This document shows, piece after piece, positions 7,711 through 14,684 of a DNA stretch of 17,349 nucleotides. The notes under the pieces were generated by a model. It was not told where the DNA came from. It made no database searches and saw only the letters and a program-made list of their open reading frames with translations. Each line of letters begins with the position of its first letter. Positions within the stretch are counted from its first letter, which is position 1. The position numbers were made by a program, and so were the translations under genes. The stretch is from Pseudobacteriovorax sp. (GTDB lineage: Bacteria > Bdellovibrionota_B > Oligoflexia > Oligoflexales > Oligoflexaceae): positions 1 through 17,349 of the forward strand of contig JBNKNM010000112.1 of NCBI GenBank assembly GCA_050293845.1, given 5' to 3'.

Positions 7711-9015
7711 TCAAATAGGACCATAAATCACACCAATTTTATCTATCTCATTCCCTGATCGGCCATGGAATCCTATGATCTGCCATCTCTCAGGAGCATG
7801 GAATTCTTTGCAGTTAGAGGTTTGCGTGCCACCAGCAATAGAGCGATCTTGGTTGGTCGTAAGTCTGGTATAAAATATCCGTGTGTGATTGTCTTTTTTG
7901 CCAGAACATACCTTCATGTAATTAAGATACTCTTCCTTTCCAAGGGATAATGTCTCAGCATTGCCTCCCGATCCTCCATGGCTAATGGAGTTGCCATTGT
8001 CTAACCTTAAGTCAATACGATCAACACGGCTTCCGGTAAATAGACTGATGCTACTAATGCTTGAATTTGTGGGTAGTACAGTAATATCATTGAATGCTAC
8101 GCCGTGGGGCCCTCCAAAAGTATCACTGAATCTACGATTACTGAGTGTAGTAAATGTGAAGTTTGTCTGTACTGGTGGGTGGTCGGATAATTTTAATCCT
8201 TCATCAGTGATATCGTCAATGCGCACTTCATAATGAGTTGCATCTAATTTTACGAAGTCACCATCGCGATACAAAACTTTATCGACAATTTCGCAGTCAG
8301 CGCTGGTGATATAAGGCTTGCAGGTTAGAGCACCTTCTCCTGAAGCTGGTATGTTGCCATCACGGAGTAGTTCAATCCAGGCATCTTTAAATCCCCGATT
8401 GATTAGCTCCCTGATATTATCACCGCTTCGTGTATAGCGGGTATTGGTGTCCCCCATTACTATAACAGCATTTCCAGCTGAGTGATTTTCTATGTAATTT
8501 GCTAATTGTAAAATATTGGCCCGTCGGGCTTTTAAATCGGCATCTCCTACCTGGGCTTGGGTGTGAAGATTATAGATATCCACAAAAACACCTTCTGCCA
8601 GTTGGGTGCGAGCAAGGGTAAAACCTTTGGGTGTGAAACAGTCTATACCATTACAAGCGTCCCACTTTACCCTTGTCCAGTCCTGATAAGTGAAGCGACT
8701 CATAGAGTTGAGGCCGCTACCGAAAGCCATCCCACCGCTTGTAGGCGAACGATAAGGGTGATTATTGCAGGTATCATAGAGTGCGGCATGGTAGTTGAAA
8801 TCTTCTTGAACGTTAACAAAATCGTAGTCGTTGACGTAGCAGCTGATCATTTCCGTAGCTGACTGCCGGTCAGATTCGGCACTGGAAAATGGTTCTAGGA
8901 GCCCAGCCACATTGTAACTTAATGTTGAGAAATGGCCTGAGGCAGCCATCGCCCAATTTCCCGAACATGTCAGTGCCAGGAGGTACCCATAAGATAATAA
9001 TGATTTAAGATTCAT
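7711..9015 (-). CDS. Secreted endonuclease/exonuclease/phosphatase (sphingomyelinase-like) domain fused to a C-terminal jacalin-like lectin domain
   Basis: Signal peptide ending AMA-A. EEP motifs SYNVAG, VQEDF, GSGL, PKG, YNLH, MGDTN, VDK and LSDHPPV. Jacalin beta-prism motifs FGGPHG, GSRVD, HGGSGG and GFHGRSGNEIDKIG. RBS GAGGGG upstream. Confidence 0.88.
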   Translation of the reverse strand: MNLKSLLSYGYLLALTCSGNWAMAASGHFSTLSYNVAGLLEPFSSAESDRQSATEMISCYVNDYDFVNVQEDFNYHAALYDTCNNHPYRSPTSGGMAFGSGLNSMSRFTYQDWTRVKWDACNGIDCFTPKGFTLARTQLAEGVFVDIYNLHTQAQVGDADLKARRANILQLANYIENHSAGNAVIVMGDTNTRYTRSGDNIRELINRGFKDAWIELLRDGNIPASGEGALTCKPYITSADCEIVDKVLYRDGDFVKLDATHYEVRIDDITDEGLKLSDHPPVQTNFTFTTLSNRRFSDTFGGPHGVAFNDITVLPTNSSISSISLFTGSRVDRIDLRLDNGNSISHGGSGGNAETLSLGKEEYLNYMKVCSGKKDNHTRIFYTRLTTNQDRSIAGGTQTSNCKEFHAPERWQIIGFHGRSGNEIDKIGVIYGPI

Positions 9016-9213
9016 GAATTTAGTTCCCCTCTTTGTATAAAGTATGGGAGTAATTTAAACAGCATTAGGAAAAAATATAATTAAGGCTTTCTAAACTTTT
9101 AAAAAAGTATAGCTCATACGTTGGTTATAAGGGGTCGTTAGATAGGGATTGATCCATGGAGTTTCTGCTTTAATTATCTATATTTAATGGGTTTTTCTGG
9201 TTTCATCAATAAC

Positions 9214-10362
9214 CTAGAAATAAAAGCTATAATCAATGTAAATCTGCCGTGGATATTGGTTGAACTCCTGTTCTTCTTGAGCAAAGCTCCAAAGCACACC
9301 TAGATTGAGATAGGAATTATCCGAAAGACTATGGTTCATCAGCATACTCCCTAATATAGAGCCATCATTAAGGTTGCTGACAAGATCTGCTGAAAGATTC
9401 CACAGCGGATGAATAGCTTTTCTGGCACCTAATGAGGCATATTCTTTGGCTAAATAATGGATTCCGCCATATAAATATGCGAATTTACTGTAGTTTTCTG
9501 AGTATTCTGCGGTCGACTTTTCGCCAGCTCCGTTATAGTGAAATTCGAAATTCACTAACCATTCATTTGCGAACATGTAGGACCCTCCCCCATTCCAGCG
9601 TAAATAAGGAGCTTCGTTTTGAGGGTTAACCTGTGCGGCCTCTGCAAAAAAACCAATACCCCATAGGTTTGTCTGTAGGTTAAGGCCTAGCAGCTGGGCG
9701 GAAAGAAACTCGATACCGATCAATTCCATATCCCAAGAATACCAGGCAATTTTTGTTCGGGCAAAGAAAGCATCCCTGTCTGACGACTGGTCTTCGCCAA
9801 CGACGTAGCCGACTTCTGCTTCCGATAGGTCACCAAGGGAGTAGGTGAACTTTATTGCGTCGATACCGAGGCGATATTCTGGATTGATTTGTGCGAAAGG
9901 GAAGGGGACGAATATGTCGGTGGGATTGGCTATTCTGCCAACGCCAAACCAAATAGCCTGTCGTCCTACAAGTAAGCGGCTTTTTTCTGTCGTATAGCTT
10001 AGCAGCAGTCTATCGATATTTTGACTTAACCTTTTCCGACCATCGTTGCTTTGGAAAACGATTTCATGGTTATTCATACGATAATCTCCGGCTGCTATCT
10101 GAGCTTCCGTAGCTGTAGCGACGAGGGATTGCTTGCTACCCTGTAGCTCATAAGCCCATTCATAACTAAAACCATCTGCGAACTCATCGCTACCGCTAAC
10201 CCTAGCGCTAATAATACTGAATATATTCTGGGTGGCAGCGCTAGAGTCTCCTTTTTGTTGCGTTCCAATCAGATAGGCTTTGGTATTTCCGGTAATGCTG
10301 ATAGCCTTTAAATTTTGGCTTAAGCAGCAGAGTAAGATCATTCCAACAGTCAAAAGTTGCAT
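9214..10362 (-). CDS. Putative outer-membrane beta-barrel protein, last gene of the Lol-like ABC operon
   Basis: Signal peptide (LKA-I), alternating amphipathic strands, motif IDR....Y......VGRQAIWFG......NPTD.F and a C-terminal beta-signal IYIDYSFYF. Confidence 0.7.
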   Translation of the reverse strand: MQLLTVGMILLCCLSQNLKAISITGNTKAYLIGTQQKGDSSAATQNIFSIISARVSGSDEFADGFSYEWAYELQGSKQSLVATATEAQIAAGDYRMNNHEIVFQSNDGRKRLSQNIDRLLLSYTTEKSRLLVGRQAIWFGVGRIANPTDIFVPFPFAQINPEYRLGIDAIKFTYSLGDLSEAEVGYVVGEDQSSDRDAFFARTKIAWYSWDMELIGIEFLSAQLLGLNLQTNLWGIGFFAEAAQVNPQNEAPYLRWNGGGSYMFANEWLVNFEFHYNGAGEKSTAEYSENYSKFAYLYGGIHYLAKEYASLGARKAIHPLWNLSADLVSNLNDGSILGSMLMNHSLSDNSYLNLGVLWSFAQEEQEFNQYPRQIYIDYSFYF

Positions 10363-10371
10363 TGATAGAAC

Positions 10372-11058
10372 CTATTTGCGTTGGTCATCGATAATTTGTC
10401 CATCCTTTAGGGTCACAATTCGTTTAGCTCGTTCCATGATCATAGGGTCATGGGTTGAAAAAACAAAAGTCATGCCCTCTCTTTGATTTAAATTTTTCAT
10501 GAGATCTAAGAGCTGTGATCCGTTTTGAGAATCAAGATTGGCTGTCGGCTCATCTGCTAAAATGATATCAGGTTTGGAAACCATAGCCCTTGCTACAGCG
10601 ACCCTTTGCTGTTGTCCACCAGAAAGCTGATGGGGGCGACGATGATTTTTATCGGCAAGGTTGAGATCTTTTAAAATCCCTATAACGCGATCCCGTCTTT
10701 CACTGGCAGGTACCCCTTGCAGGAGCATGATATACTCAATGTTCTCTTCCACTGTCAGAACCGGGATGAGGTTAAATGACTGGAAAATAAATCCAATATG
10801 ATCACGGCGGAAATCTGAAAGTTCATTACCAGACATCTTAGAAATTGCTTTTCCAGCAAGATGAAGGGAGCCCCTAGTAGGCTTATCTAACCCCCCTATG
10901 AGATGCAGGAGTGTTGATTTACCTGAGCCTGAGGGTCCTACTATTGCGGTAAATTCTCCAGGGTCTAGTGTGAGGGAGACCTTATTTAAGGCTTTTACAA
11001 GGGTGTCACCTTCACCAAAATGTTTTTCAACCTGATCGACAACAATAACTGGTTCCAT
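10372..11058 (-). CDS. ABC transporter ATP-binding protein, LolD/MacB-like
   Basis: Walker A GPSGSGKS, Q-loop IGFIFQSFNL, signature LSGGQQQRVAVARA, Walker B ILADEPTANLD and H-loop STHD. Confidence 0.95.
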   Translation of the reverse strand: MEPVIVVDQVEKHFGEGDTLVKALNKVSLTLDPGEFTAIVGPSGSGKSTLLHLIGGLDKPTRGSLHLAGKAISKMSGNELSDFRRDHIGFIFQSFNLIPVLTVEENIEYIMLLQGVPASERRDRVIGILKDLNLADKNHRRPHQLSGGQQQRVAVARAMVSKPDIILADEPTANLDSQNGSQLLDLMKNLNQREGMTFVFSTHDPMIMERAKRIVTLKDGQIIDDQRK

Positions 11059-11067
11059 AAGAGGTCC

Positions 11068-12294
11068 TTATTGAGTTTTTCGCATCGCCCTCGCTGGTGT
11101 TATTTGCGACGCATGAAAAGCCGGGTACAGTGATGCCAAAATACACATAAATAATACAGCTATGGGAATAAGAGTAAATTGCTCCCAACGAGCCACGGTT
11201 TTGATGGGGTCAACCATTGACATACCGTTTAATTCAAACTCGGAGAACGAAATGCCATTTATTCCTAACCATATAATAAGAGCTGTGCCACCAATACCAC
11301 CCAAAATAATACCGAGGATACCAATACCGGTGCATTCCAAGATGATCATCAGGCCTACATGCCAGGAGCGAGTGCCTACAGCTTTAATAACACCAAATTC
11401 AAACAATCTTTCATATATACTCATAAACATAGTATTTAGAATACTTAAAGAAATAAGGGCAAAAAGAATAATGGCAGTAATAAACAATGAATAGCGACTC
11501 ATCTCCATCATAGCATTTAATGAGGGGAAGACTTTATCCCAACCCTCGGCAAGCACACCCAAGTGCTTAAACTGCTCCCATAATGGTAAGTAGGGATCGA
11601 CGGCACTTTCAATTTGCTGGAATTCAATGGCGATTTCGTGGACTTCGTCGCCCAATTTTAGGATTTTCTGTGCCATAGAGATGGGAATGAAACCGATTCC
11701 CGCATCCATCGGTCGCGAGTTGAAGTTAGTGCGTCCTGCTACGCGAAATAATTCTTGCACCAGCTCTCCCGTGCGGGCTTCTGATGTCGTGATGACGACT
11801 TTGTCCCCTTCCTGAACTTGAAGTTGTTTGGCTAATTTATAACCCAGGACAATAGGGCGCTCCATGTCCGCTGTGGGGTATAGGCCCCAGGATATAGCCC
11901 TTTTTAGCTTAGTGATATGGGGTTCAGTGCTAAAGTTTACCCCGTAGACCTGGACCATAGCAGAGTCACGGCTCGATGAAACCATTCCCGTCATGACAAC
12001 ACGTTCGGTGAAATGGCTGATTTTTGGTGAATTATTTAGAATATCGATCACTGACTTGTGTTTGGGGATAGTATATTCTGCTTCCTGCAGTTCCTTAAAC
12101 TGGGGATGATGTAATTGAGCCTGCCCTGCAAATAGCCCCGTTGAAAGATTGATCATGTTTTTTTCAGTGCCCAAAATAAAGGCATCAGTGATCATCATTG
12201 ACGCTGTTCCGACACTCACAACCAATAGTGTTAATAGGGTGCGACGAGGATTCCGTCCAATATTGCGCCAAGCTAATCGTAATAATTGATGCAT
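11068..12294 (-). CDS. ABC transporter permease, FtsX/LolC-E/MacB-like (type VII)
   Basis: LAWRNIGRNPRRT, TM1, a large periplasmic domain, then NTMFMSIYERLFEFGVIKAVG and YPAFHAS.ITP. RBS GGAGG. Confidence 0.92.
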   Translation of the reverse strand: MHQLLRLAWRNIGRNPRRTLLTLLVVSVGTASMMITDAFILGTEKNMINLSTGLFAGQAQLHHPQFKELQEAEYTIPKHKSVIDILNNSPKISHFTERVVMTGMVSSSRDSAMVQVYGVNFSTEPHITKLKRAISWGLYPTADMERPIVLGYKLAKQLQVQEGDKVVITTSEARTGELVQELFRVAGRTNFNSRPMDAGIGFIPISMAQKILKLGDEVHEIAIEFQQIESAVDPYLPLWEQFKHLGVLAEGWDKVFPSLNAMMEMSRYSLFITAIILFALISLSILNTMFMSIYERLFEFGVIKAVGTRSWHVGLMIILECTGIGILGIILGGIGGTALIIWLGINGISFSEFELNGMSMVDPIKTVARWEQFTLIPIAVLFMCILASLYPAFHASQITPARAMRKTQ

Positions 12295-12321
12295 AGCCCC
12301 CCCTCCATAACTAAACCGATA

Positions 12322-13548
12322 TTAGACATTATCCAAAACCTCAATGGGAGTCACAGATGCTGCTTTAATTGCTGGGAAAAGGCTGACTACAATAGCTGTA
12401 ATCATAATGACAATTCCAGGAAAAAGCATGCTATTGTTTGAAATTTCTCCAATAATGCGATCAAAAAGCATCCCCCCAACCTCAATAGGGTGTTGGAGTA
12501 CAATACCTTTCACCTGAAACCAGTAGTTAACGGGCAAGGCCAGGATAAATCCTAGCACACATCCCATAACAGAAAGGACGGTGGACTCTGCTAAAACTAA
12601 AACCATGATATTTGAGGGACGTACGCCGATAGCCCTGAGCAATCCGTACTCACGCATCCTTTCAAGAATCGACATGAGTATGGCATTGAGAACCCCAATG
12701 CCTACCATGATTACAATGATAGCAATGGAAACATTATTTCCTTGCTTGTCAGCTTCCATACTGCGATAAAATTCTTTTTCCACATCTTGCCACGGTGAAA
12801 TATCAAGCCCTTCGGGAAACTTTCCTTGTTGCGTGAGAGTGTGAGCTGCTTGCCGTGAGTTCTTGAAGTCATTTAAGTTGATGATCAACTCATGGACAGC
12901 AGACCTAATGGAAAAAAAACGTCTGGCACTCTGCAGGCTTAAAAAAACTTGGTTGCCAGAAAAAGAATCTGCATCACCCACAATTCCAGAAATATAGAAG
13001 ATATCATTAGCAATGGAACCATCTGCACCACCGGATATTAGGATCAGCTCACTGCCCACAGTTAATTTTAATGTAGTGGCAATTTTGTGGCCAACCAGGG
13101 CTGCTTCCATTCCTTGCGGGATCTTAGAAAAATAGCTCCCCTGTTTTACTTTTTGTTTGAGTTTGGTTACTACGTTTTCCATTTCGGGATCTACCCCGAT
13201 AATGGGTACCGGTATCACACGTTTGGAACTATAAGCCAATCCACCACCTTTAATCCGGCTGGCGACTTTGGCTTTGGGAAATAGCCTCGTTATCTCTCCC
13301 ATAATGGACTCCGGCTGCCTAATCAGGGCATTCAAGCTGGGCCTCTCTAAATACCCAGGGTGATGGATTTGGACATGGCCGGTAATATTATTGGTAAATT
13401 GCTCGATAATGAGGTTATAGCTGCCATCACCAATGGAAAGGGAAATGCTGAGCAAAGCGTAGCCCACGGCCATACTGAGGGTGGTAAGAACAGTACGACG
13501 TCGTTGGCGCAGAACATTACGAATCGCCATTTTGAATAGCAGCATCAT
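12322..13548 (-). CDS. ABC transporter permease, FtsX/LolC-E/MacB-like (type VII)
   Basis: MAIRNVLRQRRRT, NAILMSILERMREYGLLRAIG and FPAIKAA.VTP. ATGA overlap with the upstream gene at 13545-13548. Confidence 0.92.
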   Translation of the reverse strand: MMLLFKMAIRNVLRQRRRTVLTTLSMAVGYALLSISLSIGDGSYNLIIEQFTNNITGHVQIHHPGYLERPSLNALIRQPESIMGEITRLFPKAKVASRIKGGGLAYSSKRVIPVPIIGVDPEMENVVTKLKQKVKQGSYFSKIPQGMEAALVGHKIATTLKLTVGSELILISGGADGSIANDIFYISGIVGDADSFSGNQVFLSLQSARRFFSIRSAVHELIINLNDFKNSRQAAHTLTQQGKFPEGLDISPWQDVEKEFYRSMEADKQGNNVSIAIIVIMVGIGVLNAILMSILERMREYGLLRAIGVRPSNIMVLVLAESTVLSVMGCVLGFILALPVNYWFQVKGIVLQHPIEVGGMLFDRIIGEISNNSMLFPGIVIMITAIVVSLFPAIKAASVTPIEVLDNV

Positions 13549-14291
13549 CGCTTAGCCTTTTTTAAGTTATGTAAACTAAAAAATGATTCCTTGAGTCCTG
13601 CATTGAGCTTAAGTTTATCGTAATATACTGTCGTTTTATGTTTAGGTTTTGCTATGGACACCATTTCCATCTTCCGCGGCAGGAGCTTGCCGCTAAATTC
13701 AGTATTCTCACTAAAAATAAGCTCTCGTACTTTAGTTTCGTTTTCATCATAAAATACCTCTTTTAACGGCAGGCGGTACTTTTTATTTACGTGGATTATG
13801 ATTTTCCCCCACACGGTAGCGGTGTTTTGCTTCGGTATCAGGGTGAGAACAAACTTCTTTGGTAATGTTTCTAATGTAACCTGATACTCATCAGCCAGGT
13901 CCGATTGCTTGACTAAGTCGTCATTAGTAAAGTCAGAGCCCATCCAGCTTCCCATCATCATGGATGGAGGAACTTTGATTTCACGATTGATTTTGGGAAA
14001 GTAATTCCACATCTCAAGATTGCGACGTAGAGTTGACACTCCTCGATCTTTGGCAGGACTAAGAATGCGAATCAGAGTAAACTTTGTTCCTAAACTCCAA
14101 GCTTCCATTTTTAGAGTGCGTGTCCAATCTGGATTTTCAATAGTCATAGTGACTTCAGCAAAGCTTGATTTGGCCCGATGAGTTTGGTCGACTTCATGGA
14201 GCAACTTGATAGGATCAACGGTGTTATCTTGAGCAAGGGCATGATGAAATACGCCACCTAACAAGAATAGTTGCATGAAATACCGCAGCAC
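13545..14291 (-). CDS. LolA-like outer-membrane lipoprotein-sorting family periplasmic protein
   Basis: Motifs IRILSPAKDRG..TL, MWNYFP...R..K.PPSMM..SWMGSDFTNDDL and FFSLHNL. The start is better placed at GTG 14291 (AGGAG RBS 7 nt upstream, giving signal peptide MLRYFMQLFLLGGVFHHALA-Q) than at the track's 14324. Confidence 0.88.
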   Translation of the reverse strand: MLRYFMQLFLLGGVFHHALAQDNTVDPIKLLHEVDQTHRAKSSFAEVTMTIENPDWTRTLKMEAWSLGTKFTLIRILSPAKDRGVSTLRRNLEMWNYFPKINREIKVPPSMMMGSWMGSDFTNDDLVKQSDLADEYQVTLETLPKKFVLTLIPKQNTATVWGKIIIHVNKKYRLPLKEVFYDENETKVRELIFSENTEFSGKLLPRKMEMVSIAKPKHKTTVYYDKLKLNAGLKESFFSLHNLKKAKR

Positions 14292-14372
14292 TATATTTCT
14301 CCTTTTCAATTCTGCTATCCACAAGCCTTCTTTTTAATAAATCGCCAACATTCGGTATTGGTGTTTGATTGC

Positions 14373-14401
14373 ATATTACAGATTCTACAATAAATTGTCA
14401 G
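14373..14401 (-). promoter_or_regulatory. Candidate sigma-70 promoter for the Lol-like operon
   Basis: Minus strand CTGACA-N17-TAATAT, about 80 nt upstream of GTG 14291. Confidence 0.35.
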
Positions 14402-14603
14402 CAAACCTTACCAGCATTTTATTCGCAGTGGCTTCGCATTGATAGGGGTATCCACTATCAGAGTCAGAGAAAGACTTTATAAAATCCAAATCGCATTAAT
14501 GTCCAAACGAAAGGCATTCGTTTCATTTTATGTATCTTTGACGGCCTAAGTCACTAAAATAAAAAAAGAAAAAATAATCTAAAGGCAGTATGACAAAATA
14601 TTA

Positions 14604-14632
14604 TTGAATAAAGCAAAATAAATACATAGAAT
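14604..14632 (+). promoter_or_regulatory. Candidate sigma-70 promoter for the TonB-dependent receptor
   Basis: TTGAAT-N17-TAGAAT, preceded by A-tracts (about 14555-14580, UP-element-like). RBS AGGAG at 14674-14678. Confidence 0.45.
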
Positions 14633-14684
14633 CACTTAATACAGTAAGCCTATTCAAAAAGGGACAGACCATGAGGAGATAGAC

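Noticed and set aside
7517..7726. 69-aa plus-strand ORF
   Set aside because: AT-rich F/K/L/S/Y-biased translation spanning the 17-bp hairpin; typical of spurious intergenic ORFs.
10372..14291. Assigning gene symbols lolA/lolC/lolD/lolE or macB
   Set aside because: Similarity is at family level only, and the operon structure differs from canonical Lol and Mac systems.
14398..14600. Possible c-di-GMP-I or cobalamin riboswitch upstream of the TonB receptor (fragments GCAAACC, ACGGCCTAAG)
   Set aside because: The fragments are too far apart, the GNRA/GACGCAAA core and B12 box are missing, and they lie upstream of the candidate promoter.
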